Assembly (NCBI RefSeq): GCF_003704095.1
Contig: NW_020843631.1
Location: forward strand, 186,001-250,000
DNA length: 64,000 bases
Direction: 5' to 3'
Source: Pocillopora damicornis
Taxonomy: Eukaryota
Shown: positions 12,369-23,765 of the stretch, piece after piece
Layout: every line of letters starts with the position of its first letter
Position numbering within the stretch: position 1 is the first letter of the stretch
Position numbers and translations under genes: made by a program
Notes under the pieces: model-generated
What the model was told of the DNA's origin: nothing
Database searches by the model: none
The model's input: the letters and a program-made list of their open reading frames with translations, nothing else

Positions 12369-14942
12369 ATGTCGCTGGAAGCAAGTGCTGAAGATGTGAA
12401 TTCTCCACTTATCCCAGATGATAACAGAAGCCCTTCAGCTTCCACTGAGTACAGGGCTAACTCACTGGTTAATAATCGTCAGCTGGGACGTCGCCAAAAG
12501 TTCTTCGTCACCAGCTGCATTCTTGTCACAGAGCTATGTGAATGTTTGACCTTTTATGGATTGACAGCTAACTTGCTGTTATTTGCTAGCAATGAATTAG
12601 ATCTTAATTCACCCTGGCCCTCCACTATTAATTATTTGTTTCATGGTTAGTAGGAAGTCTTCACATGTACATCTGAATAAACTGTCCAAATAAAATTAAC
12701 TGCCGGTAAAAGCATAAGTTCNNNNNNNNNNNNNNNNNNNNNNNNNNNNNNNNNNNNNNNNNNNNNNNNNNNNNNNNNNNNNNNNNNNNNNNNNNNNNNN
12801 NNNNNNNNNNNNNNNNNNNNNATTTTGTGTTGGCTCTGGTAATGATAGCATTTGGGACAGGGGGAATCAAAGCCAATGTGTCGCCTTTTGGGGCAGATCA
12901 GGTTCAACAGGATGGTCCCAGAGCTGTCCAGGCTTTCTTTAACTGGTTTTACTGGTGTATCAATGTTGGATCGTTGATAGCTTTCACTGTTGTTGTATGG
13001 GTTCAACAGAATAATTTTTTCTACGGCTATGCAATCACTGCTGGGACCATGTTCCTTACAGTTCTCGCATTTCTTACGGGTCGCAACAAGTACTTAACAA
13101 AGCCACCTGGAGGTAGCCAGCTGACCGAAATTGCAAAAATATTGTGCGAGGCGAGGCGAAATCGCAAACAGAACACTGGTGGTTGGCTTGATGGAGCAAA
13201 GAGCGCGTTTGGAGGAAAATTTACACATGCTCAGGTTGAAGATGTCAAGTCATCTCTGAGAGTCATCGCAGTGTTCTTTCTCTTTATTCTTTACTGGACA
13301 ATTTCTTCTCAGGTAAGTTTTGGTGTTAGGTTTCTTTTAATTCCATGTGGGTTGGGTGTGGCAAGGGTCTATTACCGCTCCCAGTTACACCCCAAAAACC
13401 TCACCGAGGAATCTTTAGCCAGTACCTACTGTCTTGTTCTGTCCCTTCCCTTCCCTATATCAACTTGCTTTAAGAAGCTCTCTTAAGCTTTTAACTGCCA
13501 AAAGTGACCAACATGTTCTTGACAAAGACTAGCAGTTCAGTGGTCAAAACGTCCCTTATCAATACACGATTGATTAGCTTGTATCTTACGTTGTGAGACA
13601 AACAATTAAGCATCCGTTTATTATATACTTGACCAAAAAGAACAACATAATTTTCTATAGCATTTTAAGGATTGGATGACACTCTCCATTAGACAGTTGC
13701 AATCATTGTTTAGACAAATTTTGAAAACACTATTAATATTGTTTTATTAAACTTCATCATTGTTTTGCTTGAACTTTTTAATTTCAACTTAAATACACAC
13801 ATATATTTTATCGCCTTTCCCAGATGCAGACTACGTTCCTTATCCAGGGTACCTTCATGAATCTGAAATCGTCAAACTTCACTGTGCCGGCAGCTTCCTT
13901 GTCCATTTTTTGTACTGTTGCAGTTCTTACACTTATTCCTCTCATGGATAATGTTTTGTATCCTTTTGTGCGCTACCTTGGCTTTAACTTCACTCCTCTG
14001 CGACGTATTGGTGTGGGTATGTTGCTGGCAGCAGCTTCCGTGGCAGTAGCAGGAGTGATTGAAATACAACGAAGGAATGAATGGCTTCATGGTGGCATTT
14101 GTCGGCAAAAAGTTTTGGATGATTACCGCAGTGCTTCATGTTTAAGTATATTTTGGCAAGTCCCCCAGTTTGTATTGATTGGTGTCAGTGAAGTTTTTAC
14201 AAGTGTCACAGGTATGCAGAAGCCACACAGGGAAGCAAACAGTCTTTAAAAAGTTTTAAAAGAATTTCTTTTAACCAAGGTTGTACTAAACTCCTCAATT
14301 CCTATGATGTGATAAGAAATATTTCTCACCTTGACCAATACGAGATCTTCCTTTAATTAATTTGGAGCATATTGTTGGCATTTTATTCAAATCATGACTA
14401 AATGTAATTATTATGTTCCTGTTAAATCTTGGTAGTAATCTATTGTGATCCTGGGGTGGGAGGAGGGTGTCGACGATTCAAACTGATCGATGCCTAAAAC
14501 CCAAGCCAATTCACAATCATCAGCTTACAAACTGGAGTAAACCCTTTTCTTCATAAAGTATTATAGTATTAATGATAAGTGTGGTTGACTGCAGTTGTAC
14601 TTGTTGATTGCTTGTAAGAAGAGTGTGTTAAATGATCCTTAAATCAGCNNNNNNNNNNNNNNNNNNNNNNNNNNNNNNNNNNNNNNNNNNNNNNNNNNNN
14701 NNNNNNNNNNNNNNNNNNNNNNNNNNNNNNNNNNNNNNNNNNNNNNNNATGTTGCAAACCTTCTTGTCGTCATCGTCAAGGTAGCTAGCAATGGTGATTG
14801 GTATCCAGTGGACGACCCAAACCATGGTCACTTTGAGTACTTCTTCTTTCTGTTGGCTGGGCTGATGATGCTAAATTTCCTGGTGTTCCTGTACGTTGCC
14901 TCCTCCTACAAATACAAAACTTCCTCTGGGAGGAATTTTTGA
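12369..14942 (+). CDS. SLC15A4: SLC15A4-like copy 2 (tandem duplicate, possibly decaying); exons 12369-12645, <12822-13312, 13824-14211, <14749-14942; parts of exons 2 and 4 lie in N gaps
   Basis: Colinear with copy 1 including introns and UTRs (about 12071-15730 versus 1-6240). ExxER reads ELCEC. TGA at 14940-14942 precedes the ancestral stop at 14988-14990. Confidence 0.82.
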
Positions 14943-17112
14943 AGAGACCAGAACACAGTACAACAAGCTAAAGACAATCCACAAGTTTGAAGTCAATGAG
15001 AGCTGTATCAGTCAAGGCCTTCCACAATTGAAATGATTCTTTTTTTTTTCTTTGTTCTGGCTTTTGTTTTATGTCTTGTTTTGTTTTCTGGCAGCCAATC
15101 CACACCCTTTTTTGACATGAATCCTCTTAGCGAAGAGGCACAAGTGCAGAGCTATTAGGAGGTGGGGGAAGAGGGCTTTTTGCGAGAAAATAAAAAAAAT
15201 GTTTGTTTCATCGCCTCGATTTTTGATTTATTAACAACTTTTTTTATGAGTTGAAAAATATACCAGAAAATGTCTCTACCAATTAATCATTACTGTTATA
15301 ACTTTCCAGTATCAAGGGATTTTACTCATTTGTATTAACGTTAGAGAAATCTTTCCTATTTAGTCGAGAGGATATTTTTCCAAAAAAAACGGGCTACAAG
15401 CCCTCTGATTTTTTATGTCACATGAAGGAAAAAATATGATTTTATGTTTTACAATCTGAAAAGTCTCTTTTAGAGCAGTCATGGACTGCAATGTTAGTTG
15501 CAATTGAATAGATTGTTCTGAACAATATTTTTGTTGTGTTTTAAGTGATAAATGAACTAGTTGTGTATTTTGATAAAATTTTGTTTTTGTTTTGTGACCA
15601 CGTGGAAGCAAAGCGGACAATCTGAAGACCTTCGGAGCAAAAAAAAAAAAAAAAAAAAAAAAAACCAGACCCACCAAAAACATTCAGTAACTTCGCTTTA
15701 AGCAGCTTTCATTAATGATTTAATTCGTCGATCAATTCGATGCTTCAACATCCCCTCGGGTAGTGCCCCCCTTACTCCACCCAACATCTTTTGAGAAATG
15801 ACTTCTTTCACGTCAAAAGATGGCGTCCAAATGCCCCACTAAATTCTTTTCGTTAAAGGCAATATTACCGACCGCGACCAAGACCAAGCTTTAAATCCTA
15901 GATCTTGTAGTCCTTTTCATCTGAGCCGCTCGCTCGCGAAAGCGAACTGTTAACTCAAGTATAAACACCTCGATAATTTCAGATATAACTGTTGTCTTCC
16001 GCAGAAAACACAATTTCGATTTACTTTCCGCACCCCAGCCAGGCAAGGGTCAAATTCTCCACCCCCCACGGACTATGGTCAAATGCCCATGGGTTTCTCG
16101 GGGAAAGGGGACGGGGTGAAGATGAAAAAGCTTCAAATGGATCGGCACATTGCTATATTATGATAACTGTAATAAAATATAAAGTTATTTCGCAATCTTC
16201 AAGTATTTTTGGCATTTTTTATCACTTTTCCGTGATAAATGTTCAACAAAATTAAGATCATTCTTTTACATGTGAATAGCCCATTGGCTCCTGTACAAGC
16301 GAATTCCAACAACCCTAGGGTGCCATGTTCCTCGCCTGATTTTAGGTTCTAGGCAACGAAAGCAACTCGATTACCGGTTCGGAGCTGAACCACGGCGCGT
16401 GAATTGAGCAAGCACAGAGTACCAGTGCCACATTGGATATGAGAGAAGTTTTTTTTTTTTTCTTTAATCGTGATATCTGCCCCAATCCCTTGCGTTCGCT
16501 AACTCTCTTTCTTCGCTCGCGCTTTTCAAGATGTCTTGAGGGGTAGTTGAAGGTGAATGTATGTCAAGTGCACCTCTTTAGCTCCTCAAGCTCATTCCTT
16601 ATTCCCAGGTTCTCTCGTCTTCCCCTCCTCCGGAGCATAAGAGAGACCCTGGGAACGAGGTAGGTTTCTTTCCATCCCCGGTCTTCTTTCTTGCAGTGGA
16701 ACATTTGCTACGTTCATTCTTTGCTCCACTCACCATTTCTCTGCTCTTTTCCTTCACCTCCATGATACTTCTTTTGGTAACCCTGAGCGCATTGACTTTC
16801 TCAGTTATTAACTCCCATATACTCGAATTTTGTTTTTAGTTTGAATGCTGTCTCCCCTCTAGCTGCTAAACTTCTAGCTGTAAATCAGTTACCAGAATTA
16901 GATCAAAACAACAACTTCTACCTAATTACTAAGTTGATTATTACCTGTTTACTGGATAATTTATGGATTTTATAGGAAGAAGTTCCAAGTAAATCACATC
17001 TGGGGGCTAAAGGGTTGCTTCTGTATGTTAAGCGTTTAAATTGCGTTACTCGCCTAATAAGATGGCGTGACCTTTTCAGTCGCGTGAATTCGAAAGAAGA
17101 AGTGGGAGGTCA

Positions 17113-20100
17113 ATGATGACTTTAGCTCATGCTTTACGCTCTCTTTTCCTTATCCTTACGACTGCAAATGGTAAGTTTGTAAAGTTTAAATAGGAGATGA
17201 ACTTCACGTTATGTTTATGTTATCTGAACTAAATGTCAGAATGGATGCCGCTGTTGGTGTTGCAATGTCAAATTTACCCGAGAAGATCAGGTAAAGAAGA
17301 GAAATTAAGACACAATGAATTGGCCGGACAGACTACACTCGCGATAATTGAGAAAGCAACCTGCGGCTAAATATAACACAGCCCTTTTGCCGACTAACAG
17401 AACTCTGTTCGAAAAACCGAATCTTGATTAAAAAGGTTCCGAGCAGGTTTGTTCAGTTGTATTGATCTATTTTTTTTTTACATTCATTGTATACTTAAGA
17501 AAAGGCACGTTGCAACGTATCCTGAAAGAGTTGGAATTCATGTAATCGTCTCCTGAAGAAATGTAGATTGATTTCGTTTACGGCTGGCGAGCTTTCGATT
17601 TCACTGACCTGCGCCAGGCTCATAACGTTCCACCTTCCACTTCACCTCACGAAAGTGTAATGCACACTTAATTCAGTTTTTTGATTAACTAATCTATTAT
17701 CCGAGTCGTATCGTTCATTTTCCTCATTTCGCAAGAACTCCTCGTCTCCTCAACACAACGTAATATAAAGAAAAATCAAATGGTTTCTAATCCTTTTTTT
17801 TAACCCCTAGGGATGACTGGCTTCTAATTTCTCCTCACAATGTCACCCTTGAGTCACCTACAAAGGGCATGAGACTAAAGAAAATATCGCCAATTTTAGA
17901 AGATCCTGATTATCAGTCAAATTCTCCTTGACAGTATCTTACGAAATGTAAAGAGAACAGTGTGGAGAATATGAACATACTTATGTTAGGGTGCAAAGGG
18001 TTAAACTGAAACAACGACGTGTGCACTCACCTTCGGCAACATGGTGATGAGGGTGTGGTTAGGAAGAGGATTTTGTTTTTCTCCGTAGGGGGTGCAATGT
18101 TTTATTTTTTTTACGCACCTTTGCACGCCTAATTTAGATAACTTACAGTCCTCGCAGATTGCCCTCATTCTTGTAATGGCCATTCTTAGGTTAAAATCGA
18201 CTTTCAATAAATAGAATTGAAATCAGCACCGTCTTTAGTGCTCGAATGACTTAAAGAACCAAGAGAGATCGAGTTGTTAACCAGTGAAGAATTAAAGAGA
18301 GTTGAGGGTGGAAGAGAGAGATCTCGCAGGGTCAGGGAGTGACCTTTTTTTCCTGAAATAGTCCCGGGATTAAGGAAGGTTTTCTTCGGTGCCCAACGGT
18401 TCTGAAAAAGAGGCTAACTTTTTTTTTTTCTCCGTGTTCATTATTTCCTAGCTTTCAGTAATGCATAAAACAACTGGTACATTTCCAAAGCCTCTGGCAC
18501 TCAAACTACTGACTGCAATTCTCCTCAGTCCCCTTGCCAGTCGCTGGCTGATGTGATACCTTTGGTAGCCTGGGACGACAGGTTTTACCTCGATGGTACA
18601 AAAACCGAACATAATCCGTACACATGCGTGCACATGACGTCACAATATCGTGGTTTTCCTGTTTATTTTAATATGAGCCTGTCTGTTGTTGGACAAAATT
18701 CTCCGGCGCACATATTCTGTCCAGACGGTATCTTTTTCATTGGAAGATACACGGAGGTGAGTTTTTACGATGTGAAATTTTACTCGACGCCGATCTCGTT
18801 CTATCATGGCTCTGTTGTCATCAAGAGAAGCGTTTTCACCAGCGTCTCCGTGGCGGGTATGGCAGAAAACCAAACGAGTAACGCGAGCGATGGAGTTTTG
18901 AACTTCCATTCGACGGTAAATTTGACGATCTCAGATAGCGATTTTGGAAAGAACGCCACAATCAGGGTGAATGGATCAGACGTCATTGACTTAACGAACT
19001 GTAAGTTCTATGACAATAAAGCAGGGGCGGCAACACTTTTCCCTCCCCGGTACGCTCGAGTCATTGTAGACAGCTGTGTTTTTATGGACAACTGGGGCAG
19101 TCTTAAAGTCATCGGAAGTTCAATTACTTCGCTTTACGTGAAAAATACTATAATTTACAGATACTCTAGAGAAATAGCTCTAATTCTAGAACTTTCTTCG
19201 TCCTCTGTAGCTACGATAGAGAACATAACCGTTGAAAAAAGTGCAATATTAAGTGATGATAGTTTTAGGGCCTCTGCGGTTTATATCTCACTGTACAAAG
19301 GACATAACAACCTCCAGATTCTCGACTCAGCTTTTAAACACAACAGCAACATCGAGAGTGGAGTTGGCGCGATAATCATAGAGAATGAGGGCGACTTAAT
19401 GACATCCAGAGGCTGTAAGCATAACAAGTACGACACAGGCGCTAAAGGATTTCCTACATACCACTACACTAATATAATCGAATTTAGGAACTGTGTTTTT
19501 CAAGAAAATAGTGGACAGTACACAGGAGCGGTGATGCTATCTAACGGCCTGACGATTTTTCGGAACTGTACTTTTGTAAATAATTTTGCGTTCATTCGAG
19601 CGGGTCACCTAACTATTGCTGCCGGATCGGGCGCTGTGGAAATTTACAACAGCACGTTCCAACAAACAAGGGGAGCTCCGCGTGACGTACCCTCGATGCT
19701 AAAGTCTAATAACTCTTTTATTTACAGCAGCAGTTCTGGAATGTTGATGATCGAAGATACGATTTTGAATTTCACCCATGTAAGTGAAGGGACGCTTCTA
19801 GAGATCGTAGATGGAGGAAATGTGACCATTGACTACAATTCTTCCATGCTGTGCCCCGTAGGAAGTAAGCTATGGTTTGATAACTACACCCATGGCATTG
19901 TTGCAACTTTTCCAGAAAATTTTTTGGACAGAAGATGCCCTCTTAATGTAAAGATCTACAGCGTTTACTGTGAACGTTGCCCTGTAGGGTTCTACAGTCT
20001 ACAGAGGGGGAAAGCATATGGCACCCGAGTCCTCGAAGGTTTCCAATGTCTTCTCTGTCCCTTTGGAGGAAACTGCACTGATAACATTGTGAATCATGAT

Positions 20101-21858
20101 CATTTTTGGGGCTCCGTGGTAAAAGAAAACCCTCCGACTCTACAGTTCTACATGTGCCCTCTAAATTATTGCGAGGCACCAAAGGATACCAAGTCATCGA
20201 TCTACGATGGTTGTCATGGAAACCGCTCAGGTGTATTGTGTGGAGCATGCGCAGAGGGATATAGCGAGGATTTGTTCTCTACTACATGCAGGCGTGACGA
20301 AGATTGTAACGATTACTGGCTTTGGCCAGTGATTTTAATCTACTGTGTTGCTGTTGCCATTTTTTTCATAACGGATCCTCCAATCGTACCCTTCCTGGTG
20401 AAGCACATATTTTGGTTTAGACGGGCGACAAGCGAAGAAGGAAAGTCCGCGACCAACGAAAATTCCAATGAACGGCAGAACAGTAGAAAAGGTGCGGGGA
20501 ATTCTAGGTCTGGGCTTCTAGATGTCGTGTTTTACTTTTACCAGGCTGTAGGTCTTCTTATCTTTGGCACAACTGGGCAAACAGTAAAATCGGCTTCTTT
20601 AACTCCATTAGTCAAGGGAATTTTCAACTTTCGAACCCATTCTTCCTCGATCAGCCTTGGTTGTCCGTTCGCAGGACTTAGCGTCATCACTAAGGAGCTC
20701 TTTTACACATTTGTGGTATTTACTTTGCTGTTTTGCGTTTTTATAATTTATGGTGCTCGACAAATCTGGGCGAAAGCGCGTAGTTCCCGTCAACCCTCGT
20801 TCGCTCCGCATCTCTCCGCGGCGACCCACATCGCACTACTCGGATACACGTCCCTAGCAACCAGTGCGTTTAAGCTTCTGACAATCGTGATGATGAGGTC
20901 TGGAAACGATATTGAAATTCGCTCGTTCTTTGATGGCAACATCATATTTTTCACGTGGTGGCAATGCGTTTTACTTGTTTACGTCATCATTTACGTCATA
21001 CCATTTGTTGGCCTCCTCTATTGGGGTGCCAGCTGGCTAAGCGAGAAACGAATTACAGCGCGTGAGTTTTTTATGGCATGCGTCCTTCCACTGCCGTTCT
21101 TGTTATACTGGGCAATATGGAAGAACAAGCGCGCTTGTCTTTACCGTGAAAGATCTCAACAGACTGAGGAGCGTTTGGCTGTGATGAATGTTCTTCACGG
21201 GCCTTTCCGACCGCCAGACGCTAACCAAAAAGGTACGCTTTACTGGGAGAGCGTCTTGATCGCACGAAGACTGATCCTTATCATTATATTCGCGTTTATC
21301 AACATGGCAAGCCTTCGGCTTCTTTTGTCCACAATTGTTTGCGTTGTCATTGCAATTCACCACGTTCTGTACCATCCCTACAAGGACAACAACGTGAACA
21401 TGTTAGAAACCGTGTCATTAGTGGTAATAATCGTTTTTGGTCTGTTTAACACTGTGCACGCCACCTTCATCTCAGCAGGGGTGCACCTCAGGGGCCCAAT
21501 CAAAACATATGTCAATATCCTTAACTGGATCCAGTCGATTATCGTACTGCTGCTGCCGCTGGCAGTAATCATCGCTGTCATTTTTGCGGTGCTTTCTCAA
21601 ATTGTTCGTGCTGGTTTCGCGGCGGGAAGGATTTCAAAACCATATTTTCTCCGAGGTAGGCTACGAAAGAACACTTCAGCGATCTCGAAACGAAAATCCT
21701 CTCGACTCTCCCATGAAGAGTCGCTTTTTGGTAATGCCGAAGTGGCTAAAGATAACGAAGTTGTGCGCGAACTGGTCGAGGGAAGTTCGCCCAGCCATGA
21801 AGATTGTATTTACCATGAAGAAGACTTGAAGTGCGACGAAGGGAAGCCAGAAGAATAA
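17113..21858 (+). CDS. Large surface/receptor-like protein: signal-peptide exon 17113-17170, then one large exon 18452-21858 encoding a pectin-lyase-like/Pmp-type beta-helix, a Cys-rich region and a multi-pass TM domain; in-frame TAA at 18466-18468
   Basis: 1101-aa ORF (18553-21858) with FxxN/GA repeats (FQENSGQYTGAV, FVNNFA), CERCPVGFYSL, CPFGGNC, CPLNYC, CHGNRSGVLCGACAEGYS, many hydrophobic helices and a YWESVLIARRL motif. Upstream exon MMTLAHALRSLFLILTTAN|gtaagt joins it in phase 1. Confidence 0.82.
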
Positions 21859-22816
21859 GATAGACTACCCTACAGATAATTTGTAACTGAACAAAATTGA
21901 AGAGTGTTGGAGATCTTCCAACCTTCGAATAGTTTGATGAATTTATCAATGTTTTGAGTAGAGATCTGCTAGACACAGTGAAAAAAACAACACATAGATC
22001 GAATACAGCTTAAGTAAGATGAAACACCCGGAAAATCCTACGTGGAAGTATTGAATTTGAGTTCCATCTAGATTTGTAACACTCAGGGACCTGTTATTAT
22101 TTTTTGCCTGGAGGGGGAGAAGAGTCGGAAGATTTTGGTTCTGTGACAATAAAATTCACCTGATCCACTTGTAAGGCTCTGTAATATTCTTACGACACTC
22201 TTACATTGGCAGTTAAATGGCTGTCAATTTCTAAAGTCTCTTCNNNNNNNNNNNNNNNNNNNNNNNNNNNNNNNNNNNNNNNNNNNNNNNNNNNNNNNNN
22301 NNNNNNNNNNNNNNNNNNNNNNNNNNNNNNNNNNNNNNNNNNNNNNNNNNNNNNNNNNNNNNNNNNNNNNNNNNNNNNNNNNNNNNNNNNNNNNNNNNNN
22401 NNNNNNNNNNNNNNNNNNNNNNNNNNNNNNNNNNNNNNNNNNNNNNNNNNNNNNNNNNNNNNNNNNNNNNNNNNNNNNNNNNTTTTTTCCCTTCCTTGGA
22501 GACTCAGGGGCAAATAATCGAGAGAGAGGGGAATGAAATGTGAACAATTGGTGCACCGGTCGATGCGCAACTTTATCAGGAGGGCGAGAGAGTTATTACT
22601 CACCTATTTAGCAAAAGGAGAAACTGAAATTGCCGTTTTATTTTCTTCTCACTCGCTTACTTGACCTTACTTGCTCTTGGGTCTCCAAGGATACTACCTC
22701 TGTTGTATTGAATGGATCGTTTAGAACAGACATGACATACTTTTGTTCCCTGTCTTCACCAGATTAACTTCCAAGGGGCTAAGAGCGAGGGTGGGTATTA
22801 TGTTTAGGTTTGTTTG

Positions 22817-23026
22817 AGAGAAACATCAATATTTCAAGGCTCTAGTATTTAATAATTGCCAGTGAATTTGTTCAATGGTTTTGTCCAGGGAAAGCTCTTC
22901 TTCTTCCACAGTTGCACCCGAACAGAGAAACATCAATATTTCAAGGCTCTAGTATTTCATAATTGCCAGTGGATTTGTTCAATGGTTTTGTCCAGGGAAA
23001 GCTCTTCTACCTCCACAGTTGCACCT
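22817..23026. repeat. Tandem duplication, two copies of about 105 bp
   Basis: AGAGAAACATCAATATTTCAAGGCTCTAGTATTT...CCACAGTTGCACC occurs at about 22817 and 22924. Confidence 0.9.
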
Positions 23027-23765
23027 CAACATCTTTACCCTTGTTAACTTAATTTCTTACGAGTCTTTTTCATTTATTGCGATATTGAACAAATCAGAAT
23101 CAAAGCAACTACTTAGGCCAATCAAAACATAGAAGTACCGAAGACGAGCACAAAGAAAAACCTCGACTTACTAACCCACTCAATTATAACGGTGAATGCA
23201 CTTTTCAGTAGCATGCAAACGATACAGTTAGGGATAAACCGTTGAAAATGCGCTGTACGTTATCGTAAGTCGTAGAGGAGATCTCTCGCGACACACATAA
23301 GTTGTTTCCAAGGGATCAAAACAGAATTTTCATGAGATGTGAAGTGAAGTCCGAGAAGACACAAAATAAACTATTTGATTCGCTTTACCTCATCTATTAT
23401 TCTGGGACGTTTTCCTAGGGTATTGGCACACAAAAATTACATGTTAGCATTTTTCTGACAAAAAGAGGGGAAAAAAAGGGCCTGCCATTAAATAGCTGGT
23501 TTGCGTAAGTTTTTGGCCTCCTAATTGAAAAATTATGAAAATTATATGCTCTCCTGTTTACTTCGATGGTGAAGGTACATCTAGGTGTAAACTTGACATC
23601 CATTACAATCATGTCCCTAAATGTCTTACAGCTTACATTAAAATCTCTGATGAGTCACTTAATTCACAAATTGACAATGACACAACTCGAACATGTCTAG
23701 AATTTATAGCGAGGGGATAAGGCTGGAGCCTTGAGATAGTCTTATGAGTTTCTTTGAATACTAAT

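Noticed and set aside
14940-14942. In-frame TGA as possible selenocysteine
   Set aside because: It aligns to Gly (GGA) in the paralog's non-conserved tail, and no SECIS was recognised. A simple nonsense change is more likely.
12071-15730. Copy 2 as an uncollapsed allelic haplotype of copy 1
   Set aside because: Divergence in exons and introns, a large indel and different flanks fit a real tandem paralog better, although long reads are needed to exclude it fully.
18452-21858. Recent bacterial horizontal transfer or contamination (long intronless ORF with Pmp-like repeats)
   Set aside because: It has a spliced signal-peptide exon, eukaryotic Cys-rich and TM modules, and host-type repeats in its intron.
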